Assembly: GCF_902459465.1 (NCBI RefSeq)
Contig: NC_047070.1
Coordinates: 11,160,001-11,224,000, forward strand
DNA from: Asterias rubens
Lineage: Eukaryota
Direction: 5' to 3'
DNA: 64,000 bases
The position numbers and the translations under genes are program-made. Position 1 is the stretch's first letter. Each line of letters starts with the position of its first letter. The notes beneath the pieces were generated by a model that worked only from the letters and a program-made list of their open reading frames with translations, did no database searches and was not told the origin of the DNA. This document shows, piece by piece, positions 49,501-62,300 of this stretch.

Positions 49501-50520
49501 ACTTTTCCTGTAAGGCTACCAGCTCAATCTCCATTTGTAGCTTGTCATCTTCTAATGCTACCTTTTCCTCCTCTACTATCAACTTGGCATCCTCCACTGC
49601 TAATCTTGTTGCCTTCTCTCTATGCAATTCCTCCTCTAATCCTTCTTGTTGTGTGATCTGTTGGCTCATTTCAGCCATACTTCCTTCTGCATCAGACAAT
49701 CTTTTCTTGGATTTCCGATGTTTCCTCTTCTCTGAGTGTAGTTGTAACCTCAGTTTCCTCTTCCTAGGAGTGTCTGGATTTTTTTTTCCAGCTCTTTGTC
49801 TCACTAACTTAAATTCACTTTCGTGTAACTCTGTCAAAATTTGGTCTTTAACTTTCTTTATGTTTCTTTTAATCTGGACTTCTTTTTTCACTAGCCTTTT
49901 TACAGCCAAACTCAGTACGCTCTCATTTACATTCTCCTGTGATGTTAGTTTCATTAGAACATGTACTAGGGATACATTTTGGTAACCTTGTTTTACAACT
50001 AAATACTTGTACAGTTCAAGCACGAGTCCATTTTTGACTGTTGAAGTCTGGGGGAAAACTGCCTCTCTGATGGGAACTTCGAAGTGGTCTGTAGTCAGCT
50101 CAACATCTGAAGCATAGGGTCCATTTCTATTGAGATAAATAAAGAATAAAGCACTATTCAGAGGACAGCCAAGTGGACAGCTAAATTTGGACAGCCAAGA
50201 CAATCTTAAGTTAAAGCCTTCAAAAATTAGGTAGAGAAAAAACACAAACTCAAAATACCTTTGGAGACAACGCTTGTGCCTGGATCAATAGTTCTTGGGT
50301 GCTGGGAGGTACTGGGAAAGGCATGTGGTTTCCGCAGGGTGTCATCTTCAAGATCACTGGTGGTAGCCTTCACTTGCTGTGAGCCCCTGGAGTCAAGAGC
50401 TATGTTGTCCATCAGCGAATCATCTGGGTGAGGGCTGTAAGACATGTGAAAGGAGCCTCTGTGTGGAGTGGATGGACTCACATCTTAATCATCAGCAGTC
50501 TTGACTAAATAAGCTATAAA
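46522..50520 (-). pseudogene. Large hAT-like (CxxH-clade) DDE transposase, ~1200 aa if one frameshift is repaired, with a long coiled coil and a C-terminal Spindlin-like Tudor domain (unit E)
   Basis: Main exon 50126-46522. Motifs: IHGDGTTK (D), AMTDQGPTM (D), FYCKMHPLINF (CxxH), PTTNVVGERDFAWLD (E, hAT-like ER.F). A single extra base at 48153-48154 separates the 726-aa and 531-aa ORFs (restored reading GSDQCGVEDAF). An upstream exon at ~50510-50259 has a stop. Confidence 0.75.
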
Positions 50521-50851
50521 AAACAACAACATAGATTTTGATTATTGTTAATGAGTATCATAGTACTTTTTGAAAAAGGTTTCCTGTGTAATTTCTTTTT
50601 TAAATATTCACAATCCACTGAAAAATGTGTGTTGTTAATGTATTGTTAGAGTATTTTTTTTTTTTTAAGTGAACACGTACCTTTAGTGGTTCATCGCATC
50701 AATTTGATCCATACAAATCTCAAGACCAACCCTTTTTTTCAAGTTAATACAACTTTTACTTATTCAAAAGACAAGAACACATAATGCTTAAAACTCGGTA
50801 AGAGCATTACTGATAAGTGATTACCAGGGATCACATACAGGCTAAATTGTT

Positions 50852-53800
50852 TCACTTGGTTAGTTTGTCAAGCAGTGCACAAACACTTGGATGAACCTTT
50901 TCCTTGTCTTGTATGTTCAGGACAGGTCTCTGGAAGAACTGCATAGTTTTCTTCAAGGATTTGGGATAAGATAAATTGAAAACATAAAAACAGGCAAAAT
51001 AAACTTCAAAAGCAGAGAGCAAGTGCTTGGTTTCCAATATAGACTCCTCTTCCAGCATGACTGTGTATACGATGTCATCCTCTTCACGTTGGTGAATGAA
51101 GAGGTTCATTTGTGAGTTACCCTGAAAATGGAAGGAAAAAAAGGAATATAAATACGGGAGATAAAAGAATGAAATAATTGTGGATGAGATTTGATGGACG
51201 TAAACAAATCCTGTTGGCATGGGTTTCCCCTCATTCTAGACCTGGAACCTCCCAAATGATACAATTCAGGAGGTTTACAGACTCTGTGCATTACCAGAAA
51301 TACAAAACTACGGGATGGACACAATATGGACTATTTTTGTTTTTACTTTTGATGACTGTTTTATTTCTTTCAAGAACATTTGAATGATCAAGGATTTAAG
51401 GAGAAAATCCTGAAATCCGGAAAAGTGACATGCCTGAAATATAAAAGGCACAATGGCACCATGGCTGAGAACTTTTAAATCATCTTACCTGTTCAGTCAG
51501 TAGCTGATCTAGCTTCTCCTTGAGTAGTATCAGTACCACAGCGATTGAAGCGCAATATGCTTTGCCTGCAATAGAGTGATACTATTGTTATAGTTCAATA
51601 TTTCTGAACTTCTTTGACTATAGCTGAAACATACTAAACCGAGGTACATTTTTCAATATTAGACATGTTTTTATTATACATTAGATCAAAAAGGGGTACC
51701 AATCTTTTGAAAGAACAGTTCCCTGGTAAACTATTTTTATGGTTATTAATATTGCAATTTATTCACATTATTGTGGCTGCCCAAGAAAAGTCTTAAAAGG
51801 AAACAAATTTAACATTATATTCTTTGTGCAAGGAATGCAAATTTGAAAGTGGGACTGCCTTGTTTTAAAGAAACTGAACTAATTTTGAACAAAAAACATG
51901 TCAATCCAGATTTATTGATAGCACTCACTGGAACCGACAGCAAGGCAATGGGGGTGATCATGAAAGCACAGTGATTCCATAAGGCCTTGTGGTTCAATTT
52001 GATAGAAGACCCATGCTGCACAAAAACATAAAATAATTATTTACCCTGACGGTTTTCTTCCGCTGTTTCCGCTAGTGATGCCAATTCCACCAGCTTCTTC
52101 ATGGCAACATGATCTTGCTTCTTGGCCAGAGTATAGAGCTGTTCATGGTACTTTTCCAAACCAGTTTCCAGCTTCCTCCCCAGGTCTTCTGTTGCTATGC
52201 GTTTGAACTCTTTCAAGACCTGTAGGCCCTATACCAGATAAACATGAATACCAGTTGCACATATAAGCAATAAAGATTGAAAGTTGGCTGTCATATTATT
52301 GTACATGTTTCAGATAGCTATGAAGCACCAACCGAAAGAGCATCATTGTTTGGCCTTGACAAACACTTTCAAATTTGTCCCTCGATCGGCCACCATACAC
52401 ACATACAAAAAGAGAGCTTGCCTGACATACAAAAATGAATCAAGCAGCAGCCATCTATCCACTAGCAAATAATAGGTTGCATGCATTTTTCCAGGAATAC
52501 AAAAATGGGTTTGAGTTAATCGATTTTGTAATTAGTCAATACAGTATGCATTGTACAAGTGATAATATGAATCGCAATTTCAATGTGTTTTCAAAGAAAC
52601 ATACCTCGTTTCCACTTGCTAGAAGTACCGGGAAAACTTCTTTGATATCTGCCACCAAAGGACTCTGTTTCACAATAAACTCTCTGTGATCAGCAAATGT
52701 CAGATCCATGAAACGATCAAGTCGGTTTTGGTCAGGTTTCCTCTTGGACAGTTCATCCCTCATTGCAGCTTGATGCCTTTTAATTGATATATCGTCTTCA
52801 CCCTCTGGTCGTTGACTGAGATAGTTTTTAAGACCCCACATCAGCTTGCCGCTCATCTTTGGAGGTGGTCCGCCTGTAGTTGGATCTGAAAGTCGGCGCT
52901 TTCCTGGCACACAATTTGTATCCCTTCGTCTTCTGTCATTTTGAAATCGATATTGAATTCTTTGACGCCACAGATTCTGTGAACAAGCAACATTTAAATA
53001 AGTCTTACTTATCTCAAGGTAAAATAAACATTTGTGGCAAGTTTCATGAAAATCGATCATAAACTTTGGAAAATACCGAGGGGGCACTATGTGCTGACCC
53101 CGGTCCCTGTACGACCAAAAATAGCCCGGACCTGATAGGGTTGAGCCATCTGACCCCTGAATATCCCCTTTCAAAACCCTGCAATTTCTTACCATTGACA
53201 AATTGCCATTTGACACAACTTTGGGAAACTTCTCCAGGAATGCTGAGACTACTTCTGTGTACTGCCATTCTTTCGGATAACTGGGTAACAGGAAAACACA
53301 ATGTCAATAAGTTATTACACTATGGATAGATTATTCACCAATCAATTGCTGTGTTCTCTTTCCCTCCAACTCCCCTCTGCTTACACCTGCCACATTCCCT
53401 TTTGTGTGTAGAATAGTTGCAAAAACAAACAATTTGGAACCTCTGACACAAAACATTTGAGAAATTCCCCCCATATCTCTTTTCTGGGTGTGGGCAGGAG
53501 AGTCATGTACAGATTAGCTTTTTGTTTTTAAATTTCATTAAGCAAAACCAAAGTTTGAGCTTTCTAGTTTGAAAAATAACACATCCACTATAGAGTGGTT
53601 ACAGTTTGTACCCCTAAGCTTGGAATATTTCAACAACAGCAGTTTTACAACATCTCTTGCAGTTTTGATGAGAGAATGAGATATATAGGCATAAAGCTAA
53701 TAATTTTTAGGTATTTTTGAACAACAGTAAACTGTAGATCAGGGTACTGAGTGAGGTTGGATCAGTATGACTATGGAACAAAGATTCTTCCGTCTTCAAG

Positions 53801-54853
53801 GGCTGCGTATGTTCTTGAGAGAAGCTTAACTTGCTAGCAAAACAAACTCTGAACTTACTATGTATACTTCGTGACTTCTTGGTAGATGGCATCTGTGACC
53901 TGTCTCCTCTGTTGAGCTGTTCACCACTTTGCAGCTTCTGCAGTACTCCAGCCCGCAGAGCATATACTGGGAATTTAAACTTGATTGGCCAAACACGGAA
54001 ATCCCTGGTTGTTGTTGCCGTGCATAAAGTAGATCTTTTAAAAGAAAACACAAATTTTAAATTAGGCAATTCAACTTCATTTACTTGATTATTTGTTTTG
54101 AGGAGTACAGAAATATATCATGTGTTAAGTGCTTTCCCGATTTGTCCTTTCAAATATTAATCCACAGACGGTTTTTGTTATTCCATTTGCTAGGGGTGGA
54201 TTACCAAGTGTTGGAAAATTCAAGTGAATAAATTGTAAGGTTGTCAAAATCACTTTTAAATTCTGACTTAAGCACAATGCCATAAATTTAGCAATTTGGG
54301 CATTTAAAAACCACCCCTCCCTCATAAAATGTTCAAGGTTGGACGGGCATCAGTTGAGAGGGGGCATGCCCCCCCCTGTGCCCCCCTTAGTTACGGCACT
54401 GTTGCTAAGTTGCGCCCATTAATATACAATTGTCTGCTGAAACTTGGTCCACAGTGTGATGTCAAGTGATCATCAGTTCTCATGTTCAATAAAATTTCAC
54501 ATTATAACTCATGGTATAACTAGCATTGTTTTTAAGCATCAAAAGACAACTCACCCTTCATCATCTTTGTCTGTTTCAATGCTGCTGGAAGGTGAAGACA
54601 GTGCAGCAGGCGAGTCATCTTTGTCAGAATCATCAGCTTCAGTCAAAACTTGTAATCTCATCATGCTTTCCAGAATTGATGTTGGATCAACATTAACCCA
54701 ATCAGCAAAGTCTTTATCAAAGTACTGAAGTAGCATTGGCTTCCTATCCCTTGGTATGTTGGATTTGTTATGTATGGCCTCAATTACCTCATCCATATTT
54801 CCCTTTTCAGTTGCAGAACTCAATGATCTGCTTCGAACTCGTATGTGTGACAT
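50852..54853 (-). pseudogene. SAMD3-like CACTA-accessory gene with a PB1-like N-terminus (unit F). Exons 54853-54555, 54035-53859, ~53282-53195, ~52977-52606, ~52220-52046, ~51563-51490, ~51121-50852
   Basis: LLQYFDKDFADWVNVD...LQVL; AIYQEVTKYT|.YPKEWQYTEVV..FLEKFP; WRQRIQYRFQNDRR; MDLTFADHREFI...IKEVFPVL; AFEVYFACFYVFNLSYPKSLKKTMQFFQR. One apparent frameshift at ~53890. Confidence 0.75.
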
Positions 54854-54976
54854 GGAATTTAAGACGCGTTTTCTGAAAACATAAGTTTTTACAATACTAT
54901 CAATACTATGTAATGATGATCATATACCACAGCTACTTTTTCCAGTTAATACAGGTATTGACTTTGGTGGATGCAT

Positions 54977-57456
54977 TTATACAGATATCTTGTGTCTAAG
55001 AATTACTAATTTGTTATCACTGTTGGTGGGAAAGTCATACACATCAAGTGGATGGTAGTCAATATCATCCGTAGGTTTAATCAAGATATACCTATGTAGT
55101 GGTGTCACTACATATGCATGGTAATGGATACTAAAGTGTAAGGTTAAAGGTATGTACACAAAAGGTATGGAATGTTGCCAATGAGAAAGCAGTCCTCAAT
55201 CATGAGAAACACGGGAAAACTGTGACTGTATTTCAAAATCACACATGAGCCACAGCAGTATTTGACCCCATTGACCTTAATGCAGTTACTCTCAAAAACT
55301 CGCTCTTGACCACCTAAATGTGGTCGCAATAGTTCTTGAACTTCCTTCAACAACAGCCTGACTAGACTGAGTTTTCCACAAAGTGTGTCGATATGCTGTG
55401 CTTCCAAGTATTTATCTGATGCTAAAAATATTGTTTGCATGAACTGGTGTCTGAAGGCCATACTTTTACAGATGTTCTTTCTGTTTTTCAATCCATGAGT
55501 TATTTCTTTGAAGTAGTTGTGTTTGCCTTCAAACCTGAGTGTCCAACAGTGGATAAGTGGGCCAAATTGCAGAATTTGCCAAGGATAATGCAATGTGTAG
55601 TGGCCTTTGGGTTTCATATTTACATCAGGAAATTCCCTTTTGTACATGTACATGAAATCCTCTATAAGATCTGAAAGAAAGCTCACATCACTTTGTGAAC
55701 AAACTGGTGCACATGATGCTTCCACCATGAACAGGAGGGCCAACAAAACATCCCACTTATTGTCGGCCTCAGGAATTGTGTCACCAACCAAAAGTGGGAA
55801 CAGCCTCAATAAGCACCAACACTGCATTGCTGTTTGCTTCACCCGAAAGTCAGCCACTGTTGATGCCATCCTAGTTGGCTTATTTGACCTGTCAAATTTA
55901 CCATAAGGAAAGCTGTCAATCCTGGTGTTCAAAAACTGGAGAGTGAAGTAACCTTCAGACACACAGTGCAAAACCAGATTCTTAAGCACTTCAGGCACAA
56001 GCCCTTCAAACAGATCATGGGCAATGTCTGAAGGAAGGCCTCTGGTAACATGAAAATACTCTAGCTTATTAAGAGGAGAATCATTTTTCACGCCATATGT
56101 TGTCTTCAATCCTTCATCTTCAGCAACCATTGTAACTTGTGCATTGTAACTTTCCATTGTTCTCATTTCACAGCTGCTGGTCGTCAGACAATCATTAGGG
56201 TCTGTTCTTGTGACCATACAGAAACGACTGACCCTTAAGCCACTGAAACTTTCGTTGAATCCTCCTACTGAATGAGCACCAAGATTGTCTGCTGAAACAA
56301 ATGACACTGAGCCTCTAAACTGATACTGATGACCATTCCTGTTCACACTAACACCTTCTCTTTCTAAAAGTGAAAGATCTCCAAGTAAAGGTTCCAGGAC
56401 TTTCTTTAAACCATACTTTTTCAAGTGTTTTGATTTGCACAGAAGAGCAAGCTGTATGACATACAACTTTGATCTGTATTGTGGTGACAAGTTTCCAAGC
56501 ACAAAATAAAATGCTGCAAGTTTGTAATTCTTAACCTTGTTTCCAAGTGGATTTACAATATTGAAATCATCATAATATAATTGGACCTGTAAACTTGGGC
56601 ATTCAGAAGAAAATAATACATTTCCACTGTATACAGCACCATCACAAAAGTCTCTCAATTTACCATCCTCAGACTTGTGTCCCTGCATTACCTCTGCTAA
56701 TACATCCTCATGTTGCAAAAGCAACTCAAGTGTTTTCAATATGGGTATGTACTGTGTAGACGCACATTTGCCTTGAGCGTCTACTCCAAGAACAAATTCT
56801 ACTGGTTCATTGTAAGGAAACTCAGACTGAATGTAACGACTCAATTGTCTGTTATCTTCCAAGCTGTGAAATATGTCTTCCAATTCTGTTGACCGAATAA
56901 CAGTCATGGCAGTTGCAATCTCATCCTGGTTTACAGCATCTTCAAGTAGAGCTGATTTCAACTCAGACAATTCCTTTGCTTTAAACATCTGCAAAATATT
57001 TACAAGCTCGGACGCAACAAAACTACAAACAGTTCCTGGTACTTTGTGTATTTCTCTTAAATTCAGAAAAAACAGAGCTGCCTTCTTCTTTACATCTATT
57101 ATTCCAATTGGTACGTTTTCTACTGCAGCTTCGATGTTCACAAGTTCTGGACCCTGCAAACCCACCTGCTGCTCAGCCTCCTCAGGTGCTTCTATATCAT
57201 TCAGATCTAGCCCAAGTTCAATTGCATTTAAGAAATGCATGCGGTAAAAATCCTTGTGAACAATTTTTATATGTTTGATGAAGCATCAGACTGTAGAAAG
57301 ATTCTTATGACACCCATTTATATCACAATTTATCTTAAATCTGCCATTGCCAATTTCATGTACGAACCGATAATGGTTTAAGACTCTTTTGAAATGAGGT
57401 GTTTCATATTCACAGTGAACACAGACAAAAACTCTGTTGTTGTAATCCTCTTCCAT
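54977..57456 (-). pseudogene. CACTA/EnSpm (CMC) transposase with an N-terminal C2H2 zinc finger (unit G), nearly intact
   Basis: ATG at 57456 (MEEDY..CVHC...HYRFVH...CDINGC). An in-frame TGA at 57286-57288 reads through into the 698-aa ORF: QLYYDDFNIVNPLG, FYFVLGNL...RS...IQLALL, SADNLGAHSVGGF, DIAHDLFEG, KPKGHYTLHY...GPL...WTLRFEGKHNYFK. A frameshift at ~55150 leads into the terminal HYHAYVV...DYHPL..Y...LRHKI. Confidence 0.88.
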
Positions 57457-57460
57457 GATA

Positions 57461-57830
57461 CCCTTACACAAATTTGCACAAGCTTGCTGGCAAGCTTGTA
57501 ATAAGCTTACCGGCAAGCTTGCAGCAAGCTTACCACAAGCTTGCCAGCAAGCTAGTAACTAGCTTGTATTGTTCCAAATATTTAAATTAGGGCAAGCTTG
57601 CAACAAGCTTGCGGCAAGCTTGTTACAAGCTTGCCAAAATTTGAGATGGTTTACATCGTACAAGCCAGTTACGAGCTTGCTGCAAGCTTGCGGTAAGCTC
57701 GCCGACAAGCTTGCTCTAATTCCAACATTTGGAACAATATAAGCTAGTTACCAGCTTGCTGCAAGCTTGCGACTAGTGACCAGTTTGCAGCAAGCTTGCG
57801 ACTAGTGACCAGTTTGCAGCAAGCTTGCCA
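57461..57830. repeat. Foldback array of caagcttg palindromes beginning CCC, immediately upstream of the unit G start codon
   Basis: More than 15 (c)aagctt(g) motifs; inverted arms gcaagctagtaactagcttgtattgttccaaat (~57548) / atttggaacaatataagctagttaccagcttgc (~57727). Confidence 0.8.
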
Positions 57831-58421
57831 TAAATTTAAATATTTAGAATACAAGCTACGCCATGATTGAAGAAAGCATGCGCTGCAGACGTTTTTTTTT
57901 AGCCGGCAACTTTTAAATCATGCAAAGGCATTGCATATACAGACGCTTGTAAATTCAATTGAACTCAAAGAAATTGGAAAAGTTGAAAGATTGCAAACAT
58001 TTCACCATCGATAAATTTAGTAGTTAACTTGTATTTACTTAAGTATAGTTCAGGCCAAAATTAAGGAGAATGTTATAGTCAAATAATTCACACTGCACTA
58101 GCTTGTTAACAGCAACAAATGAGTAGTTTTATTATTTTTGGTTGTTTCTTTCCCTGTACATGTAAATAAAAATAACAAATATGAGATATTTTATGGTGCA
58201 CACAATGCAGGAGCCTCTTATGCGCATGTACAGTGTTTACGATATTTATAAACCCTTGACGTATATAAATCCTGAGACAGAGGTGTTTGCCTTTTCAGAA
58301 AATAATGAAGTAAAGTCAAATAAATTAATAAAACAATTATTTACCTCTGCAAGACTTGCATGAAGGAATTGGGATGGTGAAATGCAGTTGTGACAACCAA
58401 AATCAGCTGTTGCATTTTTAA

Positions 58422-58650
58422 AGGCACTGTACACTATTGGTAATCACTGTTAGCATAAAAACTTACTTAAAGGCAGTGGACACTATTGGTAAATACTCAA
58501 AATAATTATTAGCATAAAACCTTACTTGGTAATGAGTAATGGGGAGAGGTTGATAATAAAAATCATTGTGAGAAACGGCTCCCTCTGAAGTAAGATAGTT
58601 TTCGAGAAAGAAGTAATTTTCCACTAAAATATATGAATTAATTTCAAGAC
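58422..58650. mobile_element. Two nested 5' halves of MITE family A
   Basis: TTAA-aggcactgtacactattgg at 58418 and TTAA-aggcagtggacactattgg at 58467; both lack 3' ends. Confidence 0.75.
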
Positions 58651-59344
58651 CTCACGCATGAGGTCACAAAAGCAGAATTGACAGTTGGAAGGGTCTCTAT
58701 ACTACTGGTAAAGCACAAAACAGAAAAACAGATGGGGGCCTAAAGTGAGGAGTTTTTCCTGTGAAGGGATCTTCGGGTTGTTGCACATTTCTGATTAATC
58801 TTATCATTGAATTCCTTGGACGTCATGCACGGTTGTCCATTAGGTAACTTGAACTTGCGAAGTACACACTCTAGAAAACAATTGGCAAGAGAAGTTTGTG
58901 TTTAGTCAATGTGTAAATATAAAAGGTTATGGTACAGCTATCATCATGGCCCCATAACGGTTAAAGTGTACTCGGTGCTCTATGGGGCTGCAGAAGACAA
59001 CATTCAAAAGGTACTCAAATCCAAGACATTCTCCATTAAGAACAGATGTCTTATATCATAACGCTGATGTAAATTTTTCGTCATTACTTTGGATACAAAA
59101 AGGTAAATGCAGTTCTTTATTTTATTGTAAATAACTTTCATAGTAAGCTGAAAATTTCAAGTTTGGCTTCACCATTACTCTTGTAAAGAAATGATGCATT
59201 CACTTAATTAAAAAACTGTGCTTGTATTCTTCAAAACATAAACCGTTCTCAAATACATTCAAATGTTGAATGGAACCTTCCAGGAAATAGTTACAGATAT
59301 GATACAGGATTGGTAATGATAACAAACATCTGAAAGCTTTGTTT

Positions 59345-62300
59345 TTAAGGTGATATGAAATCTGTCATCTTCAATAAGAATGTAACTGAAGACCTCAAAA
59401 TAAATATACTGATTTTAATATGCAACGTTGAAGCAATGCATGAATATGAATTGGCACAAAGCAACTGATAAAATATAAACAGTTTGTTCTGTGTTTTTTT
59501 TCTCAAAACCTTGAAGAAATGTTTCTGTGTAATCTGAAAACTATCAGATTGAAAGAACACATTCTTTAAACAATTTTTTTTTATCATACCTGTAAAGTAT
59601 GACTTAAAAAATAAAGTTGCAGGCATATCTTGGAATAATTTCATTTCATTCTCTGTGAACTCCAACAAATAAAAAAAGAAACAAAAATTACCTTTAATTT
59701 CTTGTAATTTCTGTGCATCCAGGGGCACGTTAGCAGATTCACTCTTGCGATTAACCGCCTGCCTGGAGCCACAGGCATTGCCTCGGGCAAGGCAACTCTC
59801 TCCAAAGACAGCTAGTAGCAAAGCAGATAGCAATGACTCCTTGGAGGTGCCTTTTGAGAAAGCAACCCTTTTGTCCTGCTCCTTCAATAGTGGTAATCCT
59901 CCAGAATACAGTGGGATTAAGATCTGTGAAATAAAATAATAAAGTCTCTATGTTAGCAAGGATGTGTTTATTGACAGTGTCTTGTCCAGAAGCCACCTGT
60001 TCACAGTGGATGGGTAAAGCAAAATTTTGGCCAGACTTGTATGGGTGCCTCTTTGGCCCCAAAACCATCTTATCATTATTGTATTTACTTTCGCAAGGAA
60101 AATGTGGATAGACACTTTGTCAATCCTAAACAAGACACTGTTTCTCAATCTCTTAACATTAAAACAATTCTAGTGAGGAAAACTTTTTGCAAAATTTCCT
60201 TTTCAATAAAGGCACTGTAAGCAAGTGTGTAGAATTGTGATCTTCATAGGCTATTTGGGATAGAGATTGTACACAAGGGATGTTTGCACATAGTAATACA
60301 GCACAGGCTGGTTTGGGACCAGGGAAAAAAACATGTTTTAATCGGGACCTTGTAATTTTCGAGCTTGTACTACTAACAAGAGTCCGCTATAGTCAATTAC
60401 CTCATCTGATGTTGGGGTCATGGAAGACTCTTCATTAGGGATGTCTTGGCGGATTGGTTTTGGCAGGATGGCTTCATAGGTGACTTTGGCAGGTGGAGGT
60501 GGGTTTGGCAGGATGGCTTCATAGGTAACTTTGGCAGGTGGAGGTGGGTTTGGCAGGATGGCTTCATAGGTGACTTTGGCAGGTGGAGGTGGATTTGGTT
60601 TTGGCAGGATGGTGACTTTGGCAGGTGGAGGTGGGTTTGGCAGGATGGCTTCATAGGTGACTTTGGCAGGTGGAGGTGGATTTGGTTTTGGCAGGATGGT
60701 GACTTTGGCAGGTGGAGGTGGGTTTGGTTTTGGCAGCTGGCTTGTGGAATGGCAGGACTGTAGCACTGATGTAAACTCTTGCATGAGTTTAATCTTTTTG
60801 GGGGTGATAGCTAATAAAAAAAACCACTAACGATATTACTCATTTTACAACCATAGAATTACCACTGTAAAAATGTAACTAAATGGAAACGACATTGCCT
60901 TAATTTTGGCACATTACATATTTGGTGATGTATTTTCTCCTTATGTTTTTCCTCCCTTGAGGAGATGAGCAAGTTTATTAAGTCAAACCTTTAAAAAATC
61001 CTGACGGGCTGTGGATTTGGTTATTATTTTTGGTACAAAGTGAACCTACCGGATGTTCTAATTTAACAATGGTGAGGGGGTTAAGGTTTAAATCCTTAAA
61101 GATGCTATGTCAGATTTTTGCCCCAAACATTAAAAAATAGTTTTTTTTGAGTGAATGGTATTTCAAGATGTATCACCCGCTCTAACAAAAAAGTTTAACT
61201 TTTACTTTTAATGGTCAGGAACCATGACAAAAATTTAAAACGTTTCTTTTAAAACACATAAGAATTGGTCACGTGATATATTGTCGGGATCCCGACAAAA
61301 ACTAATTTTGAGCACTTTATTTCACTGCTACTAATAATTGGCGGACTTTTACGAGCAATGGCTCAAGCTTGTAACTTTCCCGACCCCCATCAAATTACAT
61401 ATTGAATTTTAAATCAAAATTTTTGGGTCAAATCGGCCAAAAATTTGACATAGCATCTTTAATCACAGGCCTATAAAGCAGACTTTCAGTTTTATTTCAA
61501 GGAAATGTCTATCTTACCAACACTGAAGGGAAGGCCTGTTGCAGACTTTTGACTCAGCTGCATGATTTCTTCATTTTTCTTCTTCACCTCATCATGCAGC
61601 TGTCTGATTTGGTTGTCCCTTTCTGCCAGCTGCTCTTTCAGTTTTGAAATGACTCTGTCCTCCATGCTCTGATGACCATGTTTAACTTCAGCATCTGGTG
61701 GCTTCATACAGAGAGAAAAAACATCAACAGTATGAATATAGGTTTTCTTGATATCGATATGTTGTACTTCAACAGAGACAAACAATTGCCTGGGATCAAG
61801 GATGGTCCGGGGGGTGGGGGGGGGGGGGGGAGAGAGGGGGGCGGAAGGGGTCCCGCCACCAACGCGCCACCTACGTTGAAAATAATCTCATTCGGCTCTC
61901 GTGACTTGGACCGGTCGAAGCTTTACGTACAATACCTATTGTGCAAACGCCGAGCATAATACACGTACATTTCCTATGTACAGTATGGTAAAGATTTGAA
62001 TACACAGTTGCTACCCGCTGCACGCTGGCGGCTGTTAGCTGCCTGGACGGGTCCATTTTATCAGAGGGAGTTGTTATCTCTAAATGTAAATTCACCAAAT
62101 CTTTACACTAGAGAACATCGTAAATGTTTTTTGTGTGTTGCCAACTGCTTCAGTAATTTAATAATTTAATACACAACATATATTTGACCAGTATGAACAT
62201 AGAATCTTTGTGTGGGGTGTTGTATAGGGCCTACTTTGTACTTAACCATCTTGACAACAAAGCAAATTGTTGGATTTTTGTTTATTGTCCAGAAACAAAT

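Noticed and set aside
48345-49985. Plus-strand ORFs of 208 and 212 aa rich in Ser/Phe/Leu
   Set aside because: Antisense shadows of the Lys/Glu-rich coiled coil of unit E.
26361-54853. Assigning the gene symbols SAMD3 or G2E3
   Set aside because: These are multiple, decaying, transposase-linked paralogs. Orthology to the vertebrate genes cannot be shown from the sequence alone.
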